Positions 40,628 through 51,282 of a stretch of 64,000 bases of DNA are shown here, in pieces. Origin of the DNA: Chloroflexota bacterium (lineage in GTDB: Bacteria; Chloroflexota; UBA11872; VXOZ01). The notes beneath the pieces were generated by a model. The model worked only from the letters and a program-made list of their open reading frames with translations, was not told where the DNA came from and searched no databases. Each line of letters opens with the position of its first letter. The stretch's first letter is position 1. Location: contig OZ244798.1 in assembly GCA_965220015.1 (NCBI GenBank), forward strand, positions 3,298,063-3,362,062. The letters run 5' to 3'. The translations under genes were made by a program, and so were the position numbers.

Positions 40628-41341
40628 ATGGTGGATCTGCCCAAAGCGCTTCTTCTCGATCTCGACGACACGATCCTGGATTTTTACAGTGATCCCGATG
40701 TGGCCTGGCTCCAGCTTTGTCGCGAGTTTGCCGGCAGTCTGGGAGACGTGCCTGCAAAGGAGCTTCAGCCTGCCGTCCTGCAAGCCCGGGATTGGTATTG
40801 GAGCGACATGGAGCGAGCGCGCCTCGGCAGTCTTAACCTGTTGCAGGCCAGTCGAGACATCCTGCTCAGGGCCTTCGCCGAATTCGACATTCCCGATTCG
40901 CCGCTCATCACCCGCATGGGTGAGCGGTACAATAAAATCAGGGATGAGGCGATGCGACCGTTTCCAGGAGCCATCTCTACGCTACGGCGGCTGCAAGAGA
41001 CTGACATCCGTCTGGGTCTTCTAACCAACGGCAGTGCCGAGATGCAGCGAGCGAAGATTGAGCGGTTCTCCGTTGCAGAATTCTTCGACCACATTCAGAT
41101 CGAGGGAGAGTTTGGCATCGGAAAGCCGGAAGAGAAAGCCTTCCAACACGCCCTCGAATCTCTTGGCGTAGGGCATACCGAGGCCTGGATGGTGGGGGAC
41201 AACCTGGAATTCGATATTCGCGGCGCACAGCAGGTGGGTATCTACGCCGTCTGGGTAGATACGCTGGGAAGCGGACTGCCGGGTGGGGCCACAGTTCACC
41301 CGGACATGACTATAGGGTCGCTCTCAGACCTTATTGACTAA
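40628..41341 (+). CDS. HAD superfamily hydrolase
   Basis: Motif I LLLDLDDTILD, motif III GKPEE, motif IV MVGDNLEFDIRGAQQVG. ATG at 40628. Confidence 0.75.
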   Translation: MVDLPKALLLDLDDTILDFYSDPDVAWLQLCREFAGSLGDVPAKELQPAVLQARDWYWSDMERARLGSLNLLQASRDILLRAFAEFDIPDSPLITRMGERYNKIRDEAMRPFPGAISTLRRLQETDIRLGLLTNGSAEMQRAKIERFSVAEFFDHIQIEGEFGIGKPEEKAFQHALESLGVGHTEAWMVGDNLEFDIRGAQQVGIYAVWVDTLGSGLPGGATVHPDMTIGSLSDLID

Positions 41342-41386
41342 AGCTTTCACTGGAATTGAGCGCCCATAGCTAAAGGAGACCCGGCC

Positions 41387-42235
41387 ATGGCCGGACAAGC
41401 CATATTTGGTGACTTCATCCTCGGGTTACAGGGGCTTGCGATTCTAAGGTCCTGGATGTTGGATTTTGCGACCGTCAAAGCCAGAGCGCAGCAGATGCTT
41501 GAGATATCCAGAGAGTATGAAAAGGCGCCTTGGTCGACCCCGATCGTTGCGGGTGAGCGTACGGTCACGGCCGGATATGCCGAATGGGCCGCGAGCTACG
41601 ACACTGACCGCAACCCCATAATTCTTGCCGAAGAGCCCATTGTGCACGGACTTCTTGGACAGTACCCGCTTGGTGCAGCCCTTGACGCCGCCTGCGGCAC
41701 CGGGAGGCACGCTGCATACCTGGCCTCCTTGGGCCATCGGGTTACGGGCATTGATGCGACGGCTGAGATGCTGGAGATAGCCAGGGCGGAGGTGCCGTCA
41801 GCACAGTTCAAGACTGCCGATCTTAAGGCGATCCCCCTGCCGGATGGGTCAATGGATTTCGCTGTTTGCACACTGGCGCTAACCCACTGTGTCGATCTGT
41901 GCCCGCCTATACGAGAGCTCGCGCGGGTCGTGCGGCCCGGCGGGCAGGTAGTCATCGCCGACGTCCACCCCCTGATGGTGCTGCTTGGCGTTCACGCCGG
42001 CTATCGGCTTAGCCAAACTGAATATGGGGTAGTCAGGAACAATGTCCACCTGGCATCTGACTATATCACGGCGTTCCACAAGGTGGGACTCAACGTCGTC
42101 CAATGCTTAGAGCCTCTCTGGGGAGACCAAGAAATCGCTACAATGGGATTCGCCGCGCAGATGCCAGATCTAACGGAGGCAGCGGTGAAAGGTCTACCAA
42201 TCGTGATCGTGTGGGAGTTGGAGAAAGTTTCTTGA
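41387..42235 (+). CDS. class I SAM-dependent methyltransferase
   Basis: Motif I LDAACGTGRHAAYL, motif post-I RVTGIDAT, motif II SMDFAVC. 282 aa. Confidence 0.75.
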   Translation: MAGQAIFGDFILGLQGLAILRSWMLDFATVKARAQQMLEISREYEKAPWSTPIVAGERTVTAGYAEWAASYDTDRNPIILAEEPIVHGLLGQYPLGAALDAACGTGRHAAYLASLGHRVTGIDATAEMLEIARAEVPSAQFKTADLKAIPLPDGSMDFAVCTLALTHCVDLCPPIRELARVVRPGGQVVIADVHPLMVLLGVHAGYRLSQTEYGVVRNNVHLASDYITAFHKVGLNVVQCLEPLWGDQEIATMGFAAQMPDLTEAAVKGLPIVIVWELEKVS

Positions 42236-42442
42236 AGCCAATTGGCCCAGAGCTCGAGGAAATGGGAAGTCTGCCGGATACGTAGTGCGGGCGAGATGAG
42301 CCAAAATCAGGTTGCGCCAGGGCTGCGCATGGTTGCTCTGCCAAGTCAGCAGCAGAACGCCCTCTGCACTGTTAGTTCAAGCTTGCTGCTTGAGGCTCTC
42401 ACTTGCCGAAAGATGCGTGGGCTAGAACAGGGATCACTATCA

Positions 42443-43336
42443 ATGAGCAATGAAGAGCCACAAAACCGTCCCGCGTGGGTCTCGGATGAGTTGTTTCCAT
42501 TCAATAGTCGGTTCTTCAAGACTCGTTCAGGCCGCGCAATGCACTACATTGACGAGGGCGAAGGAGAGCCGGTTGTTTTTGTGCACGGCAACCCGTCGTG
42601 GTCTTTTGAGTTTCGGCATTTAGTCAATGGACTTCGCTCAGACTTCCGCTGCATCGCACCGGACCACATCGGCTTCGGTCTATCCTCCCGCAGCAGCAAC
42701 CGCGAAGACTATCTGCCTCAGGCACATGCAGAGGTCTTTACATCGCTCCTCGACCATCTCGAACTCCGGGACATTACCCTTTACCTGTCAGATTGGGGCG
42801 GTCCGATAGGCCTGCATTTCGCGCGTAACCATCCGGATAGGGTCAAGCGGCTGATCATTGCCAACACGTGGTGCTGGCCGGTTTCGCGCGATCCCCACTT
42901 CGTCTTCTTCAGTTTCATGATGTCGAGCTGGCTCGGTCAGATTCTCATCAAGCGCTTCAATCTTTTCGTAAACAGGGTTGTGCCCATGGCAGTCGGCAGA
43001 AAGGACGTCTTAACGCCACAGGTGATGGAGCACTATCGTAATGCCCAGCCCACACCGGACGCGCGCTTAGCCAGTGCCGCACTTCCCGGAGCCATCGTGG
43101 GCGAGACTAAGTGGCTGGAATCCATCTGGAATGACCGCGAGAGCTTCGCACACTTGCCCTCACTCATCTTCTGGGGAATGAAAGATATCGCGTTTCGTAG
43201 GAAGGAACTTGCGCGTTGGCAGTCCGCGTTGGCAAACTTCGAGACGCACGAATTCGAGGACTGCGGCCACTTCATCGCTGAAGAGAATCCCGAAGAGATA
43301 CTACCGATTATCTCCTCATTCATGAACAGGGCCTGA
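42443..43336 (+). CDS. haloalkane-dehalogenase-like alpha/beta hydrolase
   Basis: HGNPSWSFEFRH (HGxP) motif, nucleophile elbow SDWGG, catalytic His near the C-terminus (EDCGHF). ATG at 42443. Confidence 0.7.
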   Translation: MSNEEPQNRPAWVSDELFPFNSRFFKTRSGRAMHYIDEGEGEPVVFVHGNPSWSFEFRHLVNGLRSDFRCIAPDHIGFGLSSRSSNREDYLPQAHAEVFTSLLDHLELRDITLYLSDWGGPIGLHFARNHPDRVKRLIIANTWCWPVSRDPHFVFFSFMMSSWLGQILIKRFNLFVNRVVPMAVGRKDVLTPQVMEHYRNAQPTPDARLASAALPGAIVGETKWLESIWNDRESFAHLPSLIFWGMKDIAFRRKELARWQSALANFETHEFEDCGHFIAEENPEEILPIISSFMNRA

Positions 43337-43451
43337 CCAATTGCTGTGGCTGGGCGGGGCTTGCCTGAATGGTTGCAGCCTGTATGTCAGAATACGTGCA
43401 ACGACAGGGCGCAGTTTAGAGACATTGAAATTTGAGAAGGGAATTTGAGCC

Positions 43452-44345
43452 ATGAAACAACGAGAAGTGCGCTGGGAATTGATGTTCCCGGATGAGTTGG
43501 AGGCGGCGGTTGCGGCGTTTCCGGTGGTGTACATGCCGTATGGGTTGTGCGAGCCGCACGGGCCGCAGAACGTGCTGGGGTGTGACGCGTTGCGGCCCGA
43601 GGGCCATATGCGCCAAGCAGCGGAGCAATACGGCGGCATCGTGATGCCTACCACGTATTGGCACAATCACGAGGCGGGGACGTCCGCCAACTGGGGGCAT
43701 CGCACCATCGGCAATAACCGCACGTGGCTCACGTCCATCCCGCCGTGGATGTTCTTCAAGAACATGAGCTACCACATCCGCGCCGTGGATGTCCTCGGTT
43801 TTCACGGCGCCATCATCTTCTCCGGTCACGCCGGACCCCACAGCCCGGACATTCCGGTGTTCTTGGAGATCATGCAGCGGCACGTTGCCACCCGGCTGCA
43901 CTGTCACATGCCGATTGGCATGGGCACGGAAGAGTCGCGTTTCGAGGACGACGAGGGCATGGGCGGTCACGCCGGCCGCGGCGAGACCTCACTGCTCTGG
44001 TCGGTGACGCCGGGCGGCGTGGACCTTACCCGCATTCCGCCGGCAGGAACGCCCGGGCCGCACTTTGCCATGGGCGATGACGCCACTGAATCCGACCGCC
44101 GCGCGGGCGAACGCATGCATGCCGACATTGTGGCTGGCCTGGGCGCAAGCGCCAAAGAACTCCTGGCGGAATACGACCGCGTGCAACCGACGCGCGCGCC
44201 GTTGACCTTCGCGCAAGTCGAGGACATCTGGGAAGACGACGTGCGTCCGGCGCTCAAGAACTTTAGCTCCATGCAGCAGTCCCCGGAGCCGGTGCCTGAA
44301 GATTCCTTCTGGCATGCCAACCAACACATCCCCGACCGGGGCTAG
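43452..44345 (+). CDS. creatininase (creatinine amidohydrolase) family protein
   Basis: Fold-typical PYGLCEPHGP and FSGHAGPHS motifs (metal-binding His/Glu). Confidence 0.55.
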   Translation: MKQREVRWELMFPDELEAAVAAFPVVYMPYGLCEPHGPQNVLGCDALRPEGHMRQAAEQYGGIVMPTTYWHNHEAGTSANWGHRTIGNNRTWLTSIPPWMFFKNMSYHIRAVDVLGFHGAIIFSGHAGPHSPDIPVFLEIMQRHVATRLHCHMPIGMGTEESRFEDDEGMGGHAGRGETSLLWSVTPGGVDLTRIPPAGTPGPHFAMGDDATESDRRAGERMHADIVAGLGASAKELLAEYDRVQPTRAPLTFAQVEDIWEDDVRPALKNFSSMQQSPEPVPEDSFWHANQHIPDRG

Positions 44346-44522
44346 GGGTGTAGAATAAGGCGCAAATTTCGCACAACCACACCGCCTTTACACTTAGCTA
44401 TCACGTCAAGTGCGTTGGCAAGTCGTATGCCTACGGGCGGGTTGCGGCGTACCTTGGCTATGGAGCCTAGCGACAGCAATGTGCGAATTATGCTGACATC
44501 GTTCATCAGAACTGTGCGGAAT

Positions 44523-45344
44523 ATGGGCACGAGCATCCTCGTTATAGTAGTCGTTCTGGTCGGTCTCGTATTACTGGCGCGCGTCCTGCGCTGGGAAGAC
44601 GCATTCATATACTTTCCGGACCATGAGACCTACAGTACGCCTGCTGACTACGGCCTCGCCTACGAAGAGGTCTGGTTTGGTGAAGAGGAGCGCCTGCACG
44701 GGTGGTTCGTCCCCGGCCGCACCGACGTCTCCATACTCTGGTTTCACGGCAACGGCAGCAACCTCTCGCACCCGGGGCGGGTGGAGTACATCAAGCTGCT
44801 GCATGACCTGCTGGGCGTCAGCTTCTTCATTTTCGACTATCGCGGGTATGGGCAGAGCAGCGGCAGGCCATCCGAAGACGGCCTCTACCAAGACGCCCGT
44901 GACGCGCTGGCCTACCTGCAGAGCCGTGATGACGTCGATCCCGACCGCATCGTCTACTATGGCAAGTCACTGGGTGGAGCCGTGGCCTCCCATCTTGCCA
45001 TACAAGCGCCGCCGTACCGGCTGATTCTAGAATCTACGTTCACGTCCACGCCGGATATGGCGCGGGTGCAGTTCCCGTTGCTGCCGCTGCGCCCCTTGCT
45101 CTATACGCGCTACAGCAACCGCGAGCACCTCGCCGCGATCCACGCGCCGGTGCTCATCATCCACGGCGACCGCGATGATCAGGTGCCGGTGCACCATGCG
45201 GACGTGCTGTACGCAGCGGCCAACCAGCCAAAGCAACGCTACATCGTCCCACACGCGGGGCACGACGACGTCTATCACGTCGGCGGCGCAGTCTACCTGC
45301 AAACCGTAGCCGACTTTCTCGGCCTGCCGTTGGCGCCACCTTAA
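44523..45344 (+). CDS. alpha/beta hydrolase (BEM46/ABHD-like) with N-terminal TM anchor
   Basis: TM ILVIVVVLVGLVLLA. HGNGSN and GKSLGG (GxSxG) motifs, Asp/His triad in the C-terminus. Start could instead be at M16 (44460). Confidence 0.65.
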   Translation: MGTSILVIVVVLVGLVLLARVLRWEDAFIYFPDHETYSTPADYGLAYEEVWFGEEERLHGWFVPGRTDVSILWFHGNGSNLSHPGRVEYIKLLHDLLGVSFFIFDYRGYGQSSGRPSEDGLYQDARDALAYLQSRDDVDPDRIVYYGKSLGGAVASHLAIQAPPYRLILESTFTSTPDMARVQFPLLPLRPLLYTRYSNREHLAAIHAPVLIIHGDRDDQVPVHHADVLYAAANQPKQRYIVPHAGHDDVYHVGGAVYLQTVADFLGLPLAPP

Positions 45345-45435
45345 AGGTCATGGTGACAATGTTGATGCGAGAATTGCCGTCCTAGGGGGAGAGGGCAAGC
45401 GCACCTCGCTGGCGTCCCTAAGCAAATAAACAGGC

Positions 45436-45463
45436 GTAGGGGCACGACATGTCGTGCCCCTAC
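45436..45463. repeat. 28-bp perfect palindrome GTAGGGGCACGACATGTCGTGCCCCTAC (REP family D)
   Basis: Identical copies at 47065-47092 and 62867-62894. The first two copies bracket the AT-rich nuclease islet. Confidence 0.8.
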
Positions 45464-45678
45464 CTAGAAGTCGCAAACACCAAGTTCTGTGGGTTGAAGG
45501 AAATTACAGCCGACGGAGTTTCGATGGGTTACTAGGAATTCAATATGTCTGTGAGACGCGGATCAAACACATTTCTAAGCTTGGGAAGGAAATCAAGCAT
45601 CCATGCCCTGATTTCCTCCAGCTTTTTAGGAGGACCGTCAATGGATCCTTCTCTCCTGATGCCTATCGTGGAGAATGA

Positions 45679-46500
45679 CTAGTTGTCATACCTGAACCAT
45701 TGCCAGTCCGAAGCGGGTCCGGCGTCTACGTTCCGTTCAATTTCCTCCCGGTCGACTTTCAGCTTGTCGAATATGTGCTTAGTGAGCTTCTTTTCTTTCA
45801 TGCGGATACGCAGCATCGCCCAGGCACCTTCAAAGGCACCTTTTTCTATAGACGCCGCGTACCCGATCGCCGGGTTGAGGTGGGAGGGAAAGAGCCGGTC
45901 GGTGTAGTTAAACTCCTGGACTGCCTTTTCGGCAAAGCCCTCTCCAAGCAGCTTCGCAACGAGTGGCTGGAAGAACTCATAGTACCGCAGTTTGTCCGGG
46001 TCCATCTCTCCCGATTGGAGTGTGGCCTCTTTGCACCAGCCGCCGGGCCACACGACCTTGCGGAACCGCGGCGCGGGATCGCCGTCAGCCTGCTTGACGA
46101 CCTCGACCTTCACGCCGTAGAACTGGATGCTATCTTTCGTCCACTCGTTGAGCCGGTGCAGGGCCTGCGCGTGCTCGTAGCCGAAGTACGGCGCGACCCA
46201 GACCGCGATCCGTGCTTCGCATCCGGTCGCGTAGGTCAGCAGTTGCCCCAGATGGTGCAGGTCTGTCACTTCCAACTGGTTCTCAATGGCTACAATCGCG
46301 CCGCCGACGGTCTCTTTCGCCTTGATGTCTAGGAAGTACGGTCCCACCGGCACCTCCGTCTGGGCACATTCCAGTTTTAATCCAATTGCATCGCCCAGCA
46401 TGTGGAGATTCTCGGCGAGCCAAGGGGTGAAATCGAGCGCCTCATTTTGAAGCATGGTGCGGACATCCAACTGCTCAATCTCATCTTCGCAGTTTCCCAT
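45679..46500 (-). CDS. PD-(D/E)xK nuclease-fold protein (NucS/DUF91-like N-terminus, DUF4268-like)
   Basis: PYFLDIKAKETVGGAIVAIENQLEVTDLHHLGQLLTYATG matches the DUF91/NucS-type restriction-endonuclease-like core. AT-rich islet. Confidence 0.5.
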   Translation of the reverse strand: MGNCEDEIEQLDVRTMLQNEALDFTPWLAENLHMLGDAIGLKLECAQTEVPVGPYFLDIKAKETVGGAIVAIENQLEVTDLHHLGQLLTYATGCEARIAVWVAPYFGYEHAQALHRLNEWTKDSIQFYGVKVEVVKQADGDPAPRFRKVVWPGGWCKEATLQSGEMDPDKLRYYEFFQPLVAKLLGEGFAEKAVQEFNYTDRLFPSHLNPAIGYAASIEKGAFEGAWAMLRIRMKEKKLTKHIFDKLKVDREEIERNVDAGPASDWQWFRYDN

Positions 46501-46509
46501 TTTGAATTC

Positions 46510-46917
46510 CTATCGCTTCCCAGTGTCTCCAGGTTGAATCACAAAGTCCCGACGGTCCCGGTAAAAGAGCGCCCTATTGAGCACATAGTCATCTGTTGCT
46601 AAGTCTATATCTGCACAGTCCGTCATGGTCCAGTACTTGTGCTCACCCAGAAAGAGGTACATCCGTCTCTGGCCAAAGAACGTGCACTCCACGCCCTCTC
46701 CGCGCGCGATGCGCTCACAGAACGCGGCCAGCAACTCCTCTTGGCCGTCCTTCTTGATGACAACGTACTCGTGCGGCCACGTGTCCCGGTACGTGACGGC
46801 CTCACGCCAAGGGGCGCGGCCTATCAGCGCCATGATGTCGTGTGTATCCATCTGGAACATCGTGTTCGCCGGTTCGTCCTTCATAAGATGCCTACTCGTC
46901 CGCTCATCCAATCCCAT
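46510..46917 (-). CDS. hypothetical protein (islet cargo)
   Basis: 135-aa ORF immediately upstream of and co-oriented with the nuclease-like gene. No family recognised. Confidence 0.35.
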   Translation of the reverse strand: MGLDERTSRHLMKDEPANTMFQMDTHDIMALIGRAPWREAVTYRDTWPHEYVVIKKDGQEELLAAFCERIARGEGVECTFFGQRRMYLFLGEHKYWTMTDCADIDLATDDYVLNRALFYRDRRDFVIQPGDTGKR

Positions 46918-47064
46918 ACCTGCGTCTAGGACTCGAAGTCACACGCCGTACCGTTCCCGCCAGTGAGATGCCCATTCCGGTACAAGCCGGAATCTAGAAT
47001 AGCCACTTCCCAGTACTTTGGTCTCAAGACAAACACGGGTAAACTCTAGAGCTCGGTAACAAAC

Positions 47065-47092
47065 GTAGGGGCACGACATGTCGTGCCCCTAC
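47065..47092. repeat. 28-bp perfect palindrome, second copy (REP family D)
   Basis: Identical to 45436-45463. Confidence 0.8.
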
Positions 47093-47185
47093 GTTACCTT
47101 CATATTGCGCTGATCAGCGTGTCCTTCACGCTGCCGAGGCCGCGACCCGGCTGTCGACGACCACAACGCTCAGAATCAGTTATCT

Positions 47186-48076
47186 TCAACCAACTCTTGA
47201 CAGCGCGTCCTCGATTGCCCGCGCGGCAAACACCGTCGTCAGATGTTCGCGGTATTCTGCCGAGGCGTGGAGGTCGTCGTTGAGGTCCTCGATGTTGGCG
47301 GCTGCGCGTTTGGCGGCACGGCGAATCACTGCCGCCCCGCTAGGGGCGGATGCATCGATGTGCTTGCCCTTGAGGATGCGCTCGGTATTGCGCGCCCGCA
47401 CTGCCGTGGGACCCGCGCCGGTCACGCCCACACGGGCGTCTGTGCAGACGCCGTCGTCACCGAGCGTAATCGCCGCCGCCACGCCCACCACGGCGTAGTG
47501 GGACGCCTTATTCGGCAGCTTTTGGTATGCAACGCCGGTGCGGGCCGGCAAAGCGGGAATGTGGACTTCGGTCAGAATCTCGTTGGGCCTTAGCGACGTT
47601 GTCAGCAGGTCGCGGAAGAAACGGTCGATGGCGATGGTGCGACCGGAGCGCTGCGTCGCGGTGACAAGCTCGAAATTCAACGCCAGGGCCAAGGCGGGAA
47701 AGTCGCCCGCCGGGTCGGCGTGGGCCAAGCTGCCGCCAATGGTGCCCTTGTTCTGCACCTGCACGTCACCCACCTCACCGGCGGCTTCCGCCAGCGCCGG
47801 CACGCGCGCCTGCACGAGCGCCGAAGTCTTGATGTCGTGGTACGTCGACATGGCGCCAATCGCCAGGCAGCCGTCGTCCGCCTCACGGATGAAGCGCAGT
47901 TCAGAGATGCTGCCGAGATCTATGAGGCATTGCGGCGTGCTGAGCCGCAGCTTCATGATTGGCAGCAGGCTGTGGCCGCCTGCGAGCAACTTCGCGTCGT
48001 CCCCGTGCTGTCTGAGCAAGCGCAGGGCGTCGGCAACTGACGTTGGTGCATAATAATCAAACGCTTGCGGGATCAT
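47186..48076 (-). CDS. coxM: molybdopterin dehydrogenase FAD-binding (medium) subunit, CoxM/XdhB-like
   Basis: FAD-binding-5 motifs (AGGHSLLP, GTIGGSLAHADPAGD). ATGA overlap with the large-subunit stop. Confidence 0.8.
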   Translation of the reverse strand: MIPQAFDYYAPTSVADALRLLRQHGDDAKLLAGGHSLLPIMKLRLSTPQCLIDLGSISELRFIREADDGCLAIGAMSTYHDIKTSALVQARVPALAEAAGEVGDVQVQNKGTIGGSLAHADPAGDFPALALALNFELVTATQRSGRTIAIDRFFRDLLTTSLRPNEILTEVHIPALPARTGVAYQKLPNKASHYAVVGVAAAITLGDDGVCTDARVGVTGAGPTAVRARNTERILKGKHIDASAPSGAAVIRRAAKRAAANIEDLNDDLHASAEYREHLTTVFAARAIEDALSRVG

Positions 48077-50454
48077 GAGCGGCCTCCTCTCCGGCCACGG
48101 CGGTGTGTTTGCAGTACCCGCCAAATGCGTTCGCCAGTCATGGGTATGTCCACGTGCGTCACACCTAACGGCGAAAGCGCGTCCACAACCGCATTCGCCA
48201 CGGTTGGCGTAGCGGAAATCGTTGCCATCTCGCCAATGCCCTTCGCCCCCAGCGGGTTGACGGGGCTGGGTGTTACCGTGCGGTCCAACTCAAACATGGG
48301 GAATTCCTGTGCAAACGGCATGGCGTAGTCCATCAGCGAACCGGACACAAGCTGGCCCTCATCGTCCCAGACCGCTTGCTCCAGCAGCGCCTGGCCGATG
48401 CCCTGCGCCAAGCCGCCGTGGATTTGCCCTTCCACGAGCGTCGGATTGATTACCGTGCCGCAGTCGTCTACGGAAACGTACCGCGTCAAAGAAACCTCGC
48501 CGGTATCAGGGTCGATCTCAACCACGGCGATATGGGCGCTGAAGGGGAACGTCAGCCCCGGCGGTTCCCAGAAGGAAACGGCTTCTAAGCCGGGATCCAG
48601 TTCAGGCGGCAGCAACTGGCCGTCGTAGGCTTCGGAGCCCACCTCGGCCCAGGTGACGTACTGGTCCGGCATGTCCTGCACGGCGAACAAGCCGTCTTCC
48701 AGCGTAACGAGCGTCGGATCGAGGGTGTCGCCGATCTTGTTTTCCAAGAGCGCCGTTGCAATGCGTTTGGCTTTTTCCTTGATTTGCTCGTTCGCTTTGA
48801 CGATGGCCGTGCCGCCAACCACCAGCGTGCGGCTGCCAAAGGTACCGACGCCCCGCGCGACGATGCTCGTATCGCCATGGATGATCTCTACGTCATCAAA
48901 TGGCACGCCGAGGTCGTCGGCCACGATCTGTGCAAAGGACGTTTCTTCGCCTTGCCCGTGGGGCGATGCGCCCGTGAGAACGGTGACCTTGCCCATGGGA
49001 TCGACGCGCACCGTTGCGCTCTCGAAGCCGCCCAGACCGCCCATGGCGACGGCGGGACCAAAGCCGCAGACCTCGGTCGTCACGGTCACGCCGACGCCTA
49101 CGATCCTGCCGTCTTTGCGCTGGGCCTTTTGGTCGGCGCGCAGCTTGTCGTAGTCCGCGATCGCCAGCGCCTTGTCCAGCGCCGCATCGTAGTCGGCGGA
49201 GTCGTAGATCATGCCGGTCGGCGTTTCGTAGGGGAAGGCATCTTTGGGAATGAAATTCTTGCGCCGCACCGCTACGGGGTCTTTGCCCGTGGCATCGGCA
49301 ATCAAGTCCATCACCCGCTCGATGATGTACGCCGCTTCCGGCCGCCCCGCGCCGCGATACGCATCGTAGGGAATCTTGTTAGTAAAGACGCCGATGGTGG
49401 TCCAGCCAATGTCGCGGCAAGCATAGACACCCGGCGCCAGTGAAGGCGTGAGGGTCGGAATAACGTGGGAAATCACCTGGGCGTACGCCCCTAAGTCAGC
49501 GTAGATCTTCAGTTTCATGCCGAGCAGGGTGCCGTCCTTCTTGTAGGCGGCTTGCACGTACTGCGCCTGCCCCCGGCCGTGGCTGGTGGCGACGAAGTGC
49601 TCCGTGCGGTCTTCCGCCCACTTCACCGGCCGGCCGAATTTCTGGGCAAGAATTATGGCGATGAGGGACTCAGAGTACGTATTGATCTTGCAGCCGAAAC
49701 CGCCGCCAACGTCGATGGCGACCACCCGCAGCTTGTTTTCCGGCATGCCCAACATCTGGGCCACGACCATGCGCTCGATGTGCGGGTTCTGGGTGGTGAC
49801 CCACAAGGTGGCGTTGCCGCTGCTGCGCTCATAGTCCGCCACCGTCGCCCGCGGCTCCATGGGGTTGGGAATGAGGCGCGGCTGCTCCATGCGCGCTTCC
49901 ACCACGCCGTCGGCCTCGGCAAAGGCGCGGTCGGGATCGCCCGCCTGATCGGAAGCTTCGTAACAGAGGTTGGAGCCCATTTCCTCGAAGATGACGGGCG
50001 TGTCTGCATCCGCCGCCGTCTCCATATCTACAACGACAGGCAGAGGCTCGTAGTCTACTTCGATGAGGTCCAGCGCGTCACGCGCCGCAGCCCGTGTGGA
50101 GGCGACAACCGCGGCCACCGGCTCGCCGACGTAGTTCGCTTTCGTCGCCGCCATCGGCCAGCGCTCCGGATATTGCATGCCCGGCAATATCGCAAAGAGC
50201 GGAAAAGGCTCACTGCAACTCTCGTTGATCTCCGCGCCGGTCATCACACCCAAGACATCGGGGTGTGCGGCGGCCTGCGCCGTGTCTATGCTACTAATGC
50301 GCGCGTGGGCATACGGACTGCGCAGCACGGCCATATACGCCATGCCCGGCAGGATGACGTCGTCCGTAAACTTACCCTCCCCCGTAATCAGGCGAGGGTC
50401 TTCTTTGCGCTTCACGCGCGAACCGATCAATTTCGATACCTGGCCCGCGATCAT
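48073..50454 (-). CDS. coxL: xanthine dehydrogenase family molybdopterin-binding large subunit (form II CoxL-like, AYRGAGR motif)
   Basis: 793 aa. Active-site loop AYRGAGRPEAAY matches the form-II CoxL signature rather than the VAYRCSFR of true CO dehydrogenase. Confidence 0.85.
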   Translation of the reverse strand: MIAGQVSKLIGSRVKRKEDPRLITGEGKFTDDVILPGMAYMAVLRSPYAHARISSIDTAQAAAHPDVLGVMTGAEINESCSEPFPLFAILPGMQYPERWPMAATKANYVGEPVAAVVASTRAAARDALDLIEVDYEPLPVVVDMETAADADTPVIFEEMGSNLCYEASDQAGDPDRAFAEADGVVEARMEQPRLIPNPMEPRATVADYERSSGNATLWVTTQNPHIERMVVAQMLGMPENKLRVVAIDVGGGFGCKINTYSESLIAIILAQKFGRPVKWAEDRTEHFVATSHGRGQAQYVQAAYKKDGTLLGMKLKIYADLGAYAQVISHVIPTLTPSLAPGVYACRDIGWTTIGVFTNKIPYDAYRGAGRPEAAYIIERVMDLIADATGKDPVAVRRKNFIPKDAFPYETPTGMIYDSADYDAALDKALAIADYDKLRADQKAQRKDGRIVGVGVTVTTEVCGFGPAVAMGGLGGFESATVRVDPMGKVTVLTGASPHGQGEETSFAQIVADDLGVPFDDVEIIHGDTSIVARGVGTFGSRTLVVGGTAIVKANEQIKEKAKRIATALLENKIGDTLDPTLVTLEDGLFAVQDMPDQYVTWAEVGSEAYDGQLLPPELDPGLEAVSFWEPPGLTFPFSAHIAVVEIDPDTGEVSLTRYVSVDDCGTVINPTLVEGQIHGGLAQGIGQALLEQAVWDDEGQLVSGSLMDYAMPFAQEFPMFELDRTVTPSPVNPLGAKGIGEMATISATPTVANAVVDALSPLGVTHVDIPMTGERIWRVLQTHRRGRRGGRS

Positions 50455-50805
50455 CGCCTCGCTCCTTTACTTGCGCACTCGGCCTACGCCGCTTCTTGAT
50501 GGACTGCATGTGTCATGGGTCCGACTTGTAAAGATCACACTCACTCTTGCTGCAAATCTGCTATGGCGAAGGCCCCACTATGAAAACCGGACTGACTCCT
50601 ACATCGTCACCGTGCAGCGATCATTGCCAAGAGCACTCTCAAAAATGGACGCCGCACACTCCGTCATTCCCGCGAAAGCTTGCCCCGTACGTGATACGGG
50701 GCGGGAATCCATCTTTACTCTCCGCGCTCGCGAGACTTACACACATTGCCTCACGAATTCCGTACCTTCCGCATATCTCCTGCGCCCTCGCATGCACCGT
50801 TTCCG

Positions 50806-51282
50806 CTACGCTTGCTCCTGCATGCGCTGTGCAGCGAATTGGGCTGCCTTCACGATGTTCTGATAGCCGGTACAGCGGCAGATATTGCCGGCCAGCGAGT
50901 GTCGAATCTCTTCCTCGCTGGGATCGGGCTGTTCCTCCAACACCTGGTGGAGGGTCATGATGATGCCCGGCGTGCAGAAACCGCACTGCAACCCGTGCTC
51001 TTCCCAGAAGCCTTCCTGCACCGGATGCAATTCGCCATCCTGCGCCAAGCCTTCGATCGTGACCACCTCGCTGTCGTCAGCCTGCACGGCCAGCACCGTA
51101 CAGGACTTCACCGCGGCGCCATCCACAACCACCGTGCACGCGCCGCATTGACTGGTATCGCACCCCACGTGCGTGCCGGTGAGTCCCAGCTCGTCACGCA
51201 GGTAGTGCACCAGCAACAAGCGCGGCTCGACACTGCTCGCGTGACGCGTGCCGTTTACCGTTACTGAAATCTCATTGGGCAT
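50806..51282 (-). CDS. coxS: (2Fe-2S)-binding small subunit, CoxS-like
   Basis: CGxGxCGxC-like motif ([11 protein letters not shown]) and C...C second cluster (CGFCTPG, CRCTGY). ATG at 51282 after agggggt. Confidence 0.85.
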   Translation of the reverse strand: MPNEISVTVNGTRHASSVEPRLLLVHYLRDELGLTGTHVGCDTSQCGACTVVVDGAAVKSCTVLAVQADDSEVVTIEGLAQDGELHPVQEGFWEEHGLQCGFCTPGIIMTLHQVLEEQPDPSEEEIRHSLAGNICRCTGYQNIVKAAQFAAQRMQEQA

